64,000 bases of DNA from Clostridia bacterium (GCA_017512025.1 JAFWHH010000017.1:338-64337), one strand, 5' to 3'. Numbered from the stretch's first letter, positions 10,598 through 21,526 are shown. Program-made: numbers and translations. Notes: generated from the sequence alone by a model not told the origin.

Positions 10598-11543
10598 ATT
10601 GAAAATAGCTTTTTTATTTCCTGGCCAAGGAAGTCAATTCGTTGGAATGGGAAAAGATTTATATGAAGAATTTGATGAAGCAAAGAGTGTTTATGATATA
10701 GCTCAAAACATTTCAGAATCAAAAATTAAAGAGTTATCATTTGAGGGTCCTAATGAGATATTAAATGAAACAAAAAATACACAAATGGCAATTCTCGTTC
10801 AAAGTATGGCTATAGTGGAAATACTTAAAAAATATAACATTAAAGCAGAAGGATTTGCAGGGCTTAGTTTAGGTGAATATTCAGCATTAGTAAGCTCAGG
10901 AGCACTTAGTTTAGAAGATGGAATCAGAATAGTTAAAACAAGAGGAGAGCTAATGCAACACTTAGTTCCAGAAGGTAGCTGGAAGATGGCAGCTATTCTT
11001 GGTTTAGATGAAGAGCAAGTAACAGATATTTGCAAAAATGTTAAATCCGGATTTGTTGTTCCAGCTAACTTTAACACAATTGGTCAAATTGTTATATCAG
11101 GAGAAGAGCAAGCTGTCCTTGAAGCAGAAGCATTAGCCAAGGAAGCAGGAGCTAAAAAGGTTATGGTTTTAAATACTGCAGGCCCATTCCATACTGAGAA
11201 GTTAGTTAAAAGTGCAGAAAGTCTTAATGAAGAGCTTAAGATATACACATTCAGTAGAGAAAATGTGTATAAAGTATATAAAAATCTTGATGGAAGAGCA
11301 TATAAATCAGATGATGATTTCGCTGATATCTTATCAAGACATATTATTAATCCAGTTAGATTTACAGACGTTCTTAAGAATATGTATGATGATGGATTTG
11401 ACTGTTTTATTGAAATTGGACCGGGTAAAACTTTATCAGGATTTGTAAAGAGAATGAAGTTTGAGAAAGATATCAAGATAATGAATATAAGTGATGTAGA
11501 GTCATTAAAAACAGTTATCGAAGCTTTAAAGGAGGAAAAATAA
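10590..11543 (+). CDS. fabD: Malonyl-CoA:ACP transacylase
   Basis: FPGQGSQ, GLSLGEY, GPFH, EIGPGKTL. Confidence 0.95.
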   Translation: MNKLKIAFLFPGQGSQFVGMGKDLYEEFDEAKSVYDIAQNISESKIKELSFEGPNEILNETKNTQMAILVQSMAIVEILKKYNIKAEGFAGLSLGEYSALVSSGALSLEDGIRIVKTRGELMQHLVPEGSWKMAAILGLDEEQVTDICKNVKSGFVVPANFNTIGQIVISGEEQAVLEAEALAKEAGAKKVMVLNTAGPFHTEKLVKSAESLNEELKIYTFSRENVYKVYKNLDGRAYKSDDDFADILSRHIINPVRFTDVLKNMYDDGFDCFIEIGPGKTLSGFVKRMKFEKDIKIMNISDVESLKTVIEALKEEK

Positions 11544-12278
11544 ATGAGTAAAGTTGCTTTTATAACAGGAGCTACTAGAGGAATTGGAAAACAAATAGCT
11601 ATAACACTTGCTGAAAATGGTTATGATATTTGTTTAAACTATAGAAAAGAAAATGATGAATTAAATAATACTAAAAAAGAAATTGAGAATAACAATGTTA
11701 AATGTTTAACAGTTCAAGGTGATGTATCAAGCTTTGATGATTGTAAAAAAATGTGTGATGAAATTATAGCTGAATTTGGAAAGATAGATGTATTAGTAAA
11801 TAATGCAGGTATTACAAAAGATACATTACTTATGCGTATGAGCAAAGAAGATTTTGAAAGTGTAATTGATGTTAATTTAACAGGTACATTTAATGTTACT
11901 AAGAATGTTGTTCCATTTATGATGAAAGCTAGAAGTGGAAAGATTATAAATATATCTTCAGTTGTTGGTGTAGCAGGAAATGCTGGCCAAACAAATTATG
12001 CTGCTTCTAAAGCTGGAATAATTGGATTTACAAAGAGCTTAGCTAAAGAAATTGGATCTAGAAATATTCAGGTAAATGCTGTAGCACCTGGATTTATTGA
12101 AACTCAAATGACAGAAGTTTTAAGTGATTCAGTTAAAGAAGAAATATCAAAAAATATACCACTTAAGAGAATGGGAACAACAACAGATGTTGCTAATTTA
12201 GTTAAATTTTTAGCTTCAGATGATAGTTCATATATAACAGGCCAAGTAATAAATGTAGATGGCGGAATGGTAATGTAA
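11544..12278 (+). CDS. fabG: 3-oxoacyl-ACP reductase
   Basis: TGATRGIG, NNAGIT, NYAASKAG. Confidence 0.95.
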   Translation: MSKVAFITGATRGIGKQIAITLAENGYDICLNYRKENDELNNTKKEIENNNVKCLTVQGDVSSFDDCKKMCDEIIAEFGKIDVLVNNAGITKDTLLMRMSKEDFESVIDVNLTGTFNVTKNVVPFMMKARSGKIINISSVVGVAGNAGQTNYAASKAGIIGFTKSLAKEIGSRNIQVNAVAPGFIETQMTEVLSDSVKEEISKNIPLKRMGTTTDVANLVKFLASDDSSYITGQVINVDGGMVM

Positions 12279-12291
12279 GAAAGGATATAAA

Positions 12292-13533
12292 ATGGAAAAA
12301 AGAGTTGTAATAACAGGAATGGGAGCTATTACTCCGATAGGAAAAAATATAGACGAAATGTGGAAGAGCATTGAAGAAGGTAAATGTGGAATTGGTGAAT
12401 TAACATTAGTTGATAAGACAAAATTTAAAACAAAATTTGATGCTGAAGTTAAGAACTATGAACCAACAGATTACTTTGATGCGAAGCAAGCAAAGAGAAT
12501 TGATAAATCATCTCAATTTGCAATTATAGCAGCAAGAGAAGCTTTAAAGGATAGTGGAGTTACAAGGGAAAATACTGACTTTAATAATATAGGAACATAT
12601 GTTAGTTCAGGAATTGCAGGGCTAACAACTATTCAAGAGCAATGTGAAGTATATGCAGCCAAAGGAAACACAAGAATATCACCATTATTTATCCCAATGG
12701 GAATTGCTAATATGCCAGCTGGTAATGTGGCAATTGATTTAGGACTAAAAGGTGAATCAATTTCAATATTAAGTGCTTGTGCTTCATCTACACATTCAAT
12801 TGGTGAAGCATATAGAGCAATTAAACATGGTTATGAAGAAGTTATTTTAGCAGGTGGAAGTGAAGCTCCAATTTGCGACATCGGTGTTGCCGGATTTGAG
12901 AATATGAAAGCTTTAACACATGCTGAGACAGTAGATAGAGCAAGCATTCCTTTCGATAAAGAAAGAAGTGGGTTTGTTATGGCTGAAGGTGCTGGAGTAG
13001 TTGTTCTTGAAGAATTAGAACATGCATTAAGAAGAGGAGCAAAAATCTACGGCGAAGTTGTAGGTTATGGAGCTTCTACAGATGCTTATCATATTACATC
13101 ACCAGATCCAGAAGGAATTGGTGGAGCAAGAGCAATGGAAAGAGCAATTGAAGATGCAGGTATAACTCCTGATAAGATTGATTATATAAATGCTCATGGT
13201 ACATCTACGCATTTAAACGATTCAACAGAAACTAAAGCAATTAAGATTGCACTTGGTGAATCAGCTAAAAATGTAATGGTTAGCTCAACAAAAGGTAATA
13301 CTGGACATCTATTAGGAGCTGCTGGTGTAGCAGAGGCAATTATTTGTACAAAGGCACTTATTAATAGTTTTGTACCACCAACAATTAACTTTAAGGAGAA
13401 AGATGAAGAATGTGATTTGGATATAGTTCCAAATGAACCAAGGAAAGTAGATATGGAATATGCGATGTCTAATTCACTTGGATTTGGCGGACACAATGCA
13501 AGTATTATTATTAAAAAATATAAGGAGGCTTAA
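12292..13533 (+). CDS. fabF: Beta-ketoacyl-ACP synthase II
   Basis: [30 protein letters not shown]. Confidence 0.95.
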   Translation: MEKRVVITGMGAITPIGKNIDEMWKSIEEGKCGIGELTLVDKTKFKTKFDAEVKNYEPTDYFDAKQAKRIDKSSQFAIIAAREALKDSGVTRENTDFNNIGTYVSSGIAGLTTIQEQCEVYAAKGNTRISPLFIPMGIANMPAGNVAIDLGLKGESISILSACASSTHSIGEAYRAIKHGYEEVILAGGSEAPICDIGVAGFENMKALTHAETVDRASIPFDKERSGFVMAEGAGVVVLEELEHALRRGAKIYGEVVGYGASTDAYHITSPDPEGIGGARAMERAIEDAGITPDKIDYINAHGTSTHLNDSTETKAIKIALGESAKNVMVSSTKGNTGHLLGAAGVAEAIICTKALINSFVPPTINFKEKDEECDLDIVPNEPRKVDMEYAMSNSLGFGGHNASIIIKKYKEA

Positions 13534-13534
13534 T

Positions 13535-14020
13535 ATGGAATACGAAAAGATTAAGCAATTAATGGAAGATATGGGAAATTCAAAGTTATCTTCACTTAGT
13601 ATAGACTTCCCAGATGGAACAAAGATTAGTATGAAAAAAAATCTAAAGGCTGAAAATGAATGTACATGCGGTGACGATTGTTCATGTGGAGAAGCATGTG
13701 AATGCAACGCAGATAACATGCAATTTGTTAATGAGGTTAAAGAAGTAAAAAGTATTGATAATAAAGTTGAATCAAATATAGATAATAGAAAAATTATTAA
13801 ATCTCCAATGGTAGGGACTTTTTACTTAAAACCATCTCCAACAGCTAACCCATTTGTTGAAGTTGGTCATAGTGTAAATGTTGGTGATACTGTTTGTATT
13901 ATTGAGGCAATGAAACTAATGAATGAAATTGAGGCAGATGTTGCTGGTAAAGTTGTGGAAGTTCTTGTAAATGATGGAGAGCCAGTTGAATATGGTATGC
14001 CATTATTTGTAATCGAATAG
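13535..14020 (+). CDS. accB: Acetyl-CoA carboxylase biotin carboxyl carrier protein
   Basis: SPMVGTFY and EAMKLMNE biotinylation motif; ATG at 13535 after AAGGAGG. Confidence 0.93.
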   Translation: MEYEKIKQLMEDMGNSKLSSLSIDFPDGTKISMKKNLKAENECTCGDDCSCGEACECNADNMQFVNEVKEVKSIDNKVESNIDNRKIIKSPMVGTFYLKPSPTANPFVEVGHSVNVGDTVCIIEAMKLMNEIEADVAGKVVEVLVNDGEPVEYGMPLFVIE

Positions 14021-14032
14021 AGAGGTAGATAT

Positions 14033-14455
14033 ATGTTAAACAAAGAAGAAATAAAAGAAATTATTCCTCAAAGAGATCCGTTTTTAATGATAGATGAAGT
14101 TGAGGAATATGTGCAAGGTGAAAGTGCTACAGCATACAAAAATGTTGATGAAAGCGAATGGTATTTTAAAGGTCATTTCCCTGGCAATCCAATCATGCCG
14201 GGTGTACTAATTACAGAGAGCTTAGCTCAAACTGGGGCAGTTGCTATTTTATCAATGGAAGAGAACAAAGGTAAGAATGCATTATTTGGTGGAATAGATA
14301 AAATGAAGTTTAAGAAATTGGTTGTACCAGGTGATAGATTAAAGCTAGAAGTTAAAATAATAAAAAGAAAGGGTCCTATTGGAGTAGGAGAAGCTATTGC
14401 AACTGTTGATGGAAAAGTTGCTGCTAAAGGCGAGCTTACTTTTGCTGTTGTTTAG
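14033..14455 (+). CDS. fabZ: 3-hydroxyacyl-ACP dehydratase
   Basis: PQRDPFLMID, GHFPGNPIMPGVLITESLAQ. Confidence 0.95.
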   Translation: MLNKEEIKEIIPQRDPFLMIDEVEEYVQGESATAYKNVDESEWYFKGHFPGNPIMPGVLITESLAQTGAVAILSMEENKGKNALFGGIDKMKFKKLVVPGDRLKLEVKIIKRKGPIGVGEAIATVDGKVAAKGELTFAVV

Positions 14456-14466
14456 GAAGAAGAAAA

Positions 14467-15813
14467 ATGAAGAAAATATTAATTGCAAATAGAGGAGAAA
14501 TAGCGGTTAGAATTATTAGAGCTTGTAAAGAAATGAACATTAAGACAGTTGCGATATATTCAGAAGCAGATAAAAATTCACTACATACAAGACTTGCTGA
14601 CGAAGCAATATGCGTAGGCCCAGCACCTTCTAACAAAAGCTATCTAAATGTGAAGAATATAATTGAAGCTGCATGTATAACAAAGGCTGATAGTATTCAT
14701 CCGGGATTTGGTTTTTTATCAGAGAATTCTCAATTTGCTCGAATATGTGAAGAATCTAATATAAAATTTATCGGACCAAAGTCAGATGTAATTGATTTAT
14801 TGGGAAACAAATCTAATAGTAAAGAGCTTATGAGAAAAGCAGGGGTACCAATCATCCCCGGATCAAATGGTGCAATAAAAAGCATCAAAGAAGCGATTGA
14901 GGTCTCCAACAAAATTGGATACCCTGTTATGATTAAAGCAGCTGCAGGTGGCGGAGGAAAAGGTATTAGGGTTGTTAATTCAGAAGATGAATTAGAATCA
15001 AGCTACAACATTGTAAAGCAAGAGGCTAGAATATCTTTTTCAAGTGATGAAGTATATATTGAAAAGTTCATTAAAAATCCAAGACATGTTGAGATTCAAA
15101 TACTAGCAGATGAGCATGGAAACATTATCCATCTTGGAGAAAGAGATTGCACAATTCAAAGAAATCATCAAAAAATAATTGAGGAAACACCTTCAACAGC
15201 TATTGATGATAAGTTAAGATCAAAAATGGGAATGGCTGCAATTAAAGCAGCTAAGATAGCTGGATACACAAGTTGCGGTACAGTTGAGTTTTTAGTTGAT
15301 AGTGATAAGAATTTTTACTTTATGGAGATGAATACTAGAATTCAAGTTGAACATCCAATTACTGAGATGAGAACTGGAATCGATATAGTTAAGGAGCAAA
15401 TTAAGATAGCAGCTGGTGAACCATTAAAGTTTAAACAGAGAGATATAAAGTTTGAAGGATGCTCAATTGAATGTAGGATAAATGCTGAAAATCCAAGTAA
15501 AAACTTTATGCCATGTCCTGGAAAAATAACAGATATTCATTTACCTGGAGGAAATGGAATAAGAGTGGATACTGCAATCTATAATGGTTATGTTATACCA
15601 CCAAACTATGATTCAATGATTGCTAAAATAATTGTTCATGGTGCAACAAGAAATGAAGCAATAAGCAAGATGAAAAGAGCTCTTGAAGAGCTTGTAATTG
15701 ATGGAGTTGATACCAATAGAGATTTCTTATTTGAGATAATTAGAAATCCAAACTTCATAAGAGGGAATTTTGATACATCTTTTATTGAAAAAGAAATATT
15801 AAATAGAGAATAA
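14467..15813 (+). CDS. accC: Biotin carboxylase
   Basis: ANRGEIA, HPGFGFLSEN, GGGGKGIR, EMNTRIQVEHP. Confidence 0.96.
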   Translation: MKKILIANRGEIAVRIIRACKEMNIKTVAIYSEADKNSLHTRLADEAICVGPAPSNKSYLNVKNIIEAACITKADSIHPGFGFLSENSQFARICEESNIKFIGPKSDVIDLLGNKSNSKELMRKAGVPIIPGSNGAIKSIKEAIEVSNKIGYPVMIKAAAGGGGKGIRVVNSEDELESSYNIVKQEARISFSSDEVYIEKFIKNPRHVEIQILADEHGNIIHLGERDCTIQRNHQKIIEETPSTAIDDKLRSKMGMAAIKAAKIAGYTSCGTVEFLVDSDKNFYFMEMNTRIQVEHPITEMRTGIDIVKEQIKIAAGEPLKFKQRDIKFEGCSIECRINAENPSKNFMPCPGKITDIHLPGGNGIRVDTAIYNGYVIPPNYDSMIAKIIVHGATRNEAISKMKRALEELVIDGVDTNRDFLFEIIRNPNFIRGNFDTSFIEKEILNRE

Positions 15814-15841
15814 TTAGAAAAGAGGAAGGATATTCTGATTT

Positions 15842-16690
15842 ATGGTTATTGATAAAATTAAGAAAAGGGAAACGAAGATTCCAAGTAATAAGGAGCCTCA
15901 TATTGATATACCAGTTGGTAAATGGGTTAAATGTGATGGTTGTAAGGAAATATTATACAAAGAGACGGTTAAAGATAACTTAAATATTTGTCCAAATTGT
16001 GGTCACTATTTTAGAGTACATATTGGTAGAAGAATTGAACAAGTTCTAGATGAAGGAACATACAAGAGATTTGACTTAAATATTGATACAACTAATCCAC
16101 TTGGTCTTGAAGAGTATCCAAAGAAATTAAGTAAGCTTAGAGATATGACAGGACTTGAAGAAGCAGTTGCTTGTGGTACAGGAAAGATTAACGGAGAAGA
16201 GACAGTTATCTGTATCATGGATAGTGCTTTTCTTATGGGAAGCATGGGAGTTGTTGTTGGAGAGAAAATAACTTATGCAATTGAACAGGCAGCTAAGTTA
16301 AAGCTACCACTAATTATATTTACAGTATCAGGTGGAGCTAGAATGCAAGAAGGTATCTTTTCACTTATGCAAATGGCAAAGACAACAGCAGCTTTAACAA
16401 AGCTAAGTGAAGCAGGCCAATTATATATTTCAGTTCTAACTGATCCAACATATGGCGGAGTAACTGCATCATTTGCAAGTTTAGGTGATGTTATTCTTGC
16501 AGAGCCACATGCAATGATTGGGTTTGCTGGTCAAAGAGTAATTGAGCAAACAATCGGAGAAAAGCTACCGGAAGGATTCCAAACAGCAGAGTTTCTTCTA
16601 GAACATGGATTTGTAGATAAAATAGTAGAACGTAAAGATTTAAAAGATACACTTTGTAAATTAATAAAATTTCATAAAGGAGGCAAATAG
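15842..16690 (+). CDS. accD: Acetyl-CoA carboxylase carboxyltransferase beta
   Basis: Zn ribbon CDGC...[22 protein letters not shown]. Confidence 0.95.
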   Translation: MVIDKIKKRETKIPSNKEPHIDIPVGKWVKCDGCKEILYKETVKDNLNICPNCGHYFRVHIGRRIEQVLDEGTYKRFDLNIDTTNPLGLEEYPKKLSKLRDMTGLEEAVACGTGKINGEETVICIMDSAFLMGSMGVVVGEKITYAIEQAAKLKLPLIIFTVSGGARMQEGIFSLMQMAKTTAALTKLSEAGQLYISVLTDPTYGGVTASFASLGDVILAEPHAMIGFAGQRVIEQTIGEKLPEGFQTAEFLLEHGFVDKIVERKDLKDTLCKLIKFHKGGK

Positions 16691-16692
16691 AT

Positions 16693-17502
16693 ATGAAGTC
16701 AAAGATGACAGCCTGGGAAAAGGTTGAGATTGCAAGATCACCTAAAAGAAAAACAGCACTTGACTATATAGAGAAAATTTTTGATGACTTTATGGAATTA
16801 CATGGTGATAGAGCATTTAAGGATGATAAAGCAATAGTTTGTGGACTTGCCAATATTGGTAAGCAAAACTATACAATTATTGCTGAGCAAAAGGGTAGAA
16901 ATACCAAAGAAAATATTGAAAGAAATTTTGGTATGCCTAATCCTGAAAGCTATCGTAAAGCTATCAGATTCATGAATCAGGCAGAAAAATTTAATAGGCC
17001 AGTAATTACATTCATAGATACAAAAGGGGCTTATCCGGGCGTTGGAGCCGAAGAAAGAGGTCAAGGTGAGGCAATAGCTAAATCAATGTATGAAATGGCA
17101 AAACTTAAAGTTCCTGTTATTGCCATAGTTATTGGTGAAGGTTCAAGCGGTGGTGCTTTAGCAATAGGTGTTGCTAATAAAGTATTCATGCTTGAAAATG
17201 CAATATATTCAATACTATCACCAGAAGGTTATAGTACGATTCTTTGGAAAGACTCTAGTAAATATGAAGAAGCTGCGGAGAAAATGAAATTAACTGCAGA
17301 TGATTTATATGAAGCTAAAATAATTGATAAGATTATTAAAGAGCCTAAAGAAGTTGATGATATTGAATTTGAAAAGATAATAAAGAGAATTAAGAAAGAA
17401 ATAATAAGCTCTATTGATGAATTAGGTAAGCTAAGCAAAGAAGAAATAGTAAATGATAGATACAATAAATTCAGAAATATGGGTGAATTTATTCAAAAAT
17501 AG
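16693..17502 (+). CDS. accA: Acetyl-CoA carboxylase carboxyltransferase alpha
   Basis: ELHGDR, NFGMP.PESYRKA, GAEERGQ, SGGALAI. Confidence 0.95.
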   Translation: MKSKMTAWEKVEIARSPKRKTALDYIEKIFDDFMELHGDRAFKDDKAIVCGLANIGKQNYTIIAEQKGRNTKENIERNFGMPNPESYRKAIRFMNQAEKFNRPVITFIDTKGAYPGVGAEERGQGEAIAKSMYEMAKLKVPVIAIVIGEGSSGGALAIGVANKVFMLENAIYSILSPEGYSTILWKDSSKYEEAAEKMKLTADDLYEAKIIDKIIKEPKEVDDIEFEKIIKRIKKEIISSIDELGKLSKEEIVNDRYNKFRNMGEFIQK

Positions 17503-17512
17503 GAGGTATTAA

Positions 17513-18286
17513 ATGTTATTAAAAGATAAAAAGATTTTAATAATGGGAATTAGAAATAAATGGAGCATTGCATATGGTATTGCTAAATCAGCGTACGATA
17601 ATGGTGCTAAACTAATTTTCACATATATGGGAGAAGAAAATAAAGATAAAATTGAAGCATTAATAGCTGAATTTGAAGGAAGTAAAGCATATGTTTTAGA
17701 TGGTGCTTCAGAAGATGAATTAGTTAAAGAAGTATTTACAAAAATAAAAGAAGAAAATGGCAAAATTGATGGATTAGTTCATGCAATTGCGCACGCAAAC
17801 ACAGAAGATCTTCATAATGATTTTATTTATACAAGTAAAGAAGGATATTCTCATGCAGTTGATGTAAGTGCTTATTCATTTGTACTTGCAGCCAGAATGG
17901 CAAAAGAACTTGATATGTTAAACGATAACGCAAGTCTAGTCACATTGACATACCATGGTTCTACAAAAGTACTAGATGGATACAATGTAATGGGTGTTGC
18001 TAAGGCTTCACTTGAAGCAAGTGTTAGATATTTAGCAGAGAATATAGGTAAAGAAGGTATGAGAGTTAACGCTGTTTCAGCTGGACCAATTAAGACTTTA
18101 TCTGCTAAAGGAATTAAAGACTTCTCATCAATTCTTACTGTTGTTGAAGAAAAATCTCCACTTCATAGAAATGTAACAACAACTCAAGTTGGTAACGTTG
18201 CAGCATTTCTATTAAGTGAAATGTCAGATGCTATTACTGGTCAAGTAATATATGCTGACAGTGGATACAATATTATGGGTGTTTAA
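17513..18286 (+). CDS. fabI: Enoyl-ACP reductase (FabI type)
   Basis: NKWSIAYGIA, YNVMGVAKASLE, SAGPIKTL. Confidence 0.93.
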   Translation: MLLKDKKILIMGIRNKWSIAYGIAKSAYDNGAKLIFTYMGEENKDKIEALIAEFEGSKAYVLDGASEDELVKEVFTKIKEENGKIDGLVHAIAHANTEDLHNDFIYTSKEGYSHAVDVSAYSFVLAARMAKELDMLNDNASLVTLTYHGSTKVLDGYNVMGVAKASLEASVRYLAENIGKEGMRVNAVSAGPIKTLSAKGIKDFSSILTVVEEKSPLHRNVTTTQVGNVAAFLLSEMSDAITGQVIYADSGYNIMGV

Positions 18287-18299
18287 GGAGGTGAACTAA

Positions 18300-18545
18300 A
18301 TGAGTGAGGAAGAAATTTTTGAAAAGTTCAAAAAAATAGTTGTTGAGCAATTAGGTGTTGACGAAGAGCATGTAACCAAAGAAGCAACATTTGTTGATGA
18401 TTTATCTGCTGATTCATTAGATATTGTCGAATTGATAATGGCAATTGAAGAAGAATTTGAAATAGAGATTCCAGATACAGATGCAGAAAAAATAGTGACA
18501 GTTGGAGATGTAGTTGACTACATAAAGGACAAGAAAAATAATTAA
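18300..18545 (+). CDS. acpP: Acyl carrier protein
   Basis: [12 protein letters not shown] phosphopantetheine site. Confidence 0.96.
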   Translation: MSEEEIFEKFKKIVVEQLGVDEEHVTKEATFVDDLSADSLDIVELIMAIEEEFEIEIPDTDAEKIVTVGDVVDYIKDKKNN

Positions 18546-18546
18546 T

Positions 18547-18587
18547 AAAAAAGGCTTTCAAATCTCAAAGATTTGAAAGTCTTTTTT
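18547..18587 (+). terminator. Terminator of the fab/acc operon
   Basis: AAAAAGGCTTTCAAATCT/AGATTTGAAAGTCTTTTTT. Confidence 0.8.
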
Positions 18588-18615
18588 GCGATTAACATGT
18601 AAAGATTTCAACAAT

Positions 18616-18686
18616 ATTACATTTTGATTACATTTATGTTACATTAGCCAAAAATACTTGAAAATAAAGAGAATTATTTGTATTCT
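18616..18686 (+). promoter_or_regulatory. SigA-type promoter with three 11-bp-periodic TTACATT repeats just upstream of the -35
   Basis: TTACATT at 18617, 18628 and 18639; TTGAAA (18658) -17- TATTCT (18681). Confidence 0.6.
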
Positions 18687-18751
18687 AATCTCAAGTATGT
18701 AAGGTAAAATACTTACAATGAAAATTTATTTCAAATTTAGGAGGTTTAATT

Positions 18752-19354
18752 ATGGAAGTAAATTACAAGGATATGCCAGGAAAGGCAACAACAATGCAAA
18801 ATTTAGGAAAGGCTTTAAACAAAGAATTATCAACAGCTTGGACAAGTGTTAACGAACTACGTTCAACATGGCATGGTGTTAGATACAATACTTTAATAGC
18901 TTTATTCAACAAAGTAACTCCAGCTGTAAACAAAATATTAACATTAGTTATATGCACAATACCAGATCAATTAGGAACAATTGCTAGAAACTATTCAATA
19001 GTTGATGGAGATACAGCTCCAGCAGTAGAACCAGGATCTGTTACAGCAATTGAAGCTTTAGCTGATAGTGATACAACAACAATGTCATTTGAACAAGAAC
19101 CTGCAGCAGCAGTAAAATCATCAGTAAGTGGCAATTTTGATGCATCTAAAGGATATATGGATGATATAGTTAATACATTCAACACAGTTGATTGGGTAAG
19201 TGAAGCTAGAAATAGTTACCAAGCACAACTAGAGTCATTAAAAGCAGAAATCGTAGCAGCAATCGATGGAATTAATAAACAATACACAACATTAATGGAA
19301 GAAGCAGCAAACGATATGAGAGCTGTTGAAAATGCAAATAATGTTGCTCAATAA
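18752..19354 (+). CDS. Tandem (double) WXG100/ESAT-6-like protein
   Basis: 200 aa made of two ~100-aa helical halves with central W-H-G and W-V-S; YxxxD (YSIVD) closes the first half; lies upstream of essC. Confidence 0.75.
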   Translation: MEVNYKDMPGKATTMQNLGKALNKELSTAWTSVNELRSTWHGVRYNTLIALFNKVTPAVNKILTLVICTIPDQLGTIARNYSIVDGDTAPAVEPGSVTAIEALADSDTTTMSFEQEPAAAVKSSVSGNFDASKGYMDDIVNTFNTVDWVSEARNSYQAQLESLKAEIVAAIDGINKQYTTLMEEAANDMRAVENANNVAQ

Positions 19355-19373
19355 TAATAATTAGGAGTAAAGT

Positions 19374-19712
19374 ATGAGTAGAACGATTGGAGAAATCGAT
19401 GCGGATATTAAATTATACCAAAAGGCCAGAGATGAGTATCAAAAACTATTTGATGGTCTTGAGTCTATGATGGACGACTATAAGTTACTAAAAGAGGGTG
19501 CTGATAGTATGCATGATGGCTATTTCGCCCATTATACTGGAAACAATGATAAGACAAATTCTGGAATGGAAGAGTTTGTCAACAAGGCAGTAATCGTAGG
19601 GGGCAAAATTTCAAAGCTAAAAATTGATGTGCAGAATTATATTAATCAAATTAATACAAAAGTTGACAATTTGTTACGTGAATATAATGAGGCACTCAAT
19701 GATAGCAAATAA
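19374..19712 (+). CDS. Small helical WXG100-like T7SS partner protein
   Basis: 112 aa, coiled-coil character, central YTG turn, position in the T7SS operon. Confidence 0.55.
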   Translation: MSRTIGEIDADIKLYQKARDEYQKLFDGLESMMDDYKLLKEGADSMHDGYFAHYTGNNDKTNSGMEEFVNKAVIVGGKISKLKIDVQNYINQINTKVDNLLREYNEALNDSK

Positions 19713-19732
19713 GTATATGAGAGGAAGAGAGT

Positions 19733-21526
19733 ATGAGTACTATTGATCTTGAATATTTCGAGAATGAATTTGAACTTGAAAAAGATTTTATGATAAAAAC
19801 GATTACTAATTTAGCAGGTAAACTAGAATCACTCAATGTTCCTAATATAAGCTTAAGCATTGGTCCAGGTCCAGATTGTCGTTCGGGCATTAGAGAAATA
19901 GATGATGCACTATATGATATAGATGGCCAATTAGGTGCAATGGGTGTAATTGCAGACGTAGAAACTATGGTTGCTGGTTACAAAAATGCTGAGCAATATG
20001 CATTAGGTGCTACTATTACTCTAGAGGCTGGAACAAGATATACGGAGAATAGTATGGGTCAAGGGAGATCTAATACAATTCGTGAAGACAACATTTATGC
20101 AAGACCCGATGATGAGTATGTTGTTAAATACATTGCTATATATGCAAATGGAAATTATAAATACAATATGATACTGGGCAAAGAAAAAGAAGGCATGACA
20201 GTTGATGAGAAGATTGCAGAGCTAAAAAGTAAAGGTTTGATTGGTGAAAATGATACTATTACGATTGCTCAAGGTATTACTAAAAAAATAGATGATAAGG
20301 GTACATTAGGAGATATTGGATGGCTAAAGCAGGTTGAATACACTCCTAAAGAACCAAATGTACAAAATACACAAAACACACAAAATGAACACCAAGTGAC
20401 GCAAGAACAAGTATTAGAACAGATAAAAAAACAAGATGAAGAGGGTATTGGATACAACGAAAAGTATGATGTTAACAAAGATGGAAAAGTCAGCCTAGAT
20501 GATATTTATGAAATACCTGAAATAAGTATAGATAATGCAATAGAAAAAATGGAAAGAAATGCATCATCTCGTGGGATATATCCAGAACATATAGAAATAA
20601 CTACTAAAGACGATATCCTTATCGTTTGCAGTCCAGGACCAGATGGTTCGTATGATCATGAAGAACTTAAAAAGTTACTTACTACAGCAGGCGAGGGTGC
20701 AGCTATCAAAGAGTATTATGCTGATGGTACTACAGAGGAGTATACAAGAAATAATGTAGTAGAAGTAGACACAACAGCTACTAGCGCTGACAGAAACACA
20801 GAAACTACAGCTGAATATACTCCTGATAGTAACGATGCACAAGTACAAGATAAAAAAACAACAGCTCAAGAGATATTAGATCATTTTGATGGTCTTGTGG
20901 AAAATGAAGGATTTCCATATAAATTAGAGATATATTATTATAATCCTACTTTGGGTAGAACTGATACTATTATCAAGGAACCAGATGCAAATGGATACTA
21001 CGACAGAGAAGAGCTAGAGCGCATTATAAATGCTGCTGGAGAAGTACAAGTCAATGGATTTTATCAAAATGGGTCATTACACTCTTCACAAACACGTAAT
21101 TTTCATTTTGTTAATGGTGATGATTCTAGAGTTGATAGTGAACAACCAGCACAAACAACAGTTGCGAATAACGGTAATAATCCTACAACAGGAACTACAA
21201 ATAGCAGTACAACTACTACAACAACAGCTACAAGTTCAACTCAAGTAGGTACAGCTACTGAAGCACAGACAACCGCACCTGCTAATAATCCAACACCACA
21301 AACTGGTACTGCCAATAATAGTACAACAACTACTACGACAACTGTTAATGGTAACGTGACCAAGGTAAGAACAGATGAAGAGTGGGCGAAGTTTAATGCT
21401 ATCAAAGCTGGAATGGGAGAAACCGAAGCAGCGTATGCAAGTGACGAATACATTTGGTCAATAGTTGATAGTAACAAATCAGGTTCTGATAGCAATACTA
21501 CATCAGGTGGAGGACATCATCGTTAA
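19733..21526 (+). CDS. Putative T7SS substrate with EF-hand/dockerin-like loop, internal repeat and Thr-rich tail
   Basis: No signal peptide; YKNAE (YxxxE) near residue 83; YDVNKDGKVSLDD; two G.YD.EEL......AGE repeats; poly-Thr segments. Confidence 0.55.
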   Translation: MSTIDLEYFENEFELEKDFMIKTITNLAGKLESLNVPNISLSIGPGPDCRSGIREIDDALYDIDGQLGAMGVIADVETMVAGYKNAEQYALGATITLEAGTRYTENSMGQGRSNTIREDNIYARPDDEYVVKYIAIYANGNYKYNMILGKEKEGMTVDEKIAELKSKGLIGENDTITIAQGITKKIDDKGTLGDIGWLKQVEYTPKEPNVQNTQNTQNEHQVTQEQVLEQIKKQDEEGIGYNEKYDVNKDGKVSLDDIYEIPEISIDNAIEKMERNASSRGIYPEHIEITTKDDILIVCSPGPDGSYDHEELKKLLTTAGEGAAIKEYYADGTTEEYTRNNVVEVDTTATSADRNTETTAEYTPDSNDAQVQDKKTTAQEILDHFDGLVENEGFPYKLEIYYYNPTLGRTDTIIKEPDANGYYDREELERIINAAGEVQVNGFYQNGSLHSSQTRNFHFVNGDDSRVDSEQPAQTTVANNGNNPTTGTTNSSTTTTTTATSSTQVGTATEAQTTAPANNPTPQTGTANNSTTTTTTTVNGNVTKVRTDEEWAKFNAIKAGMGETEAAYASDEYIWSIVDSNKSGSDSNTTSGGGHHR

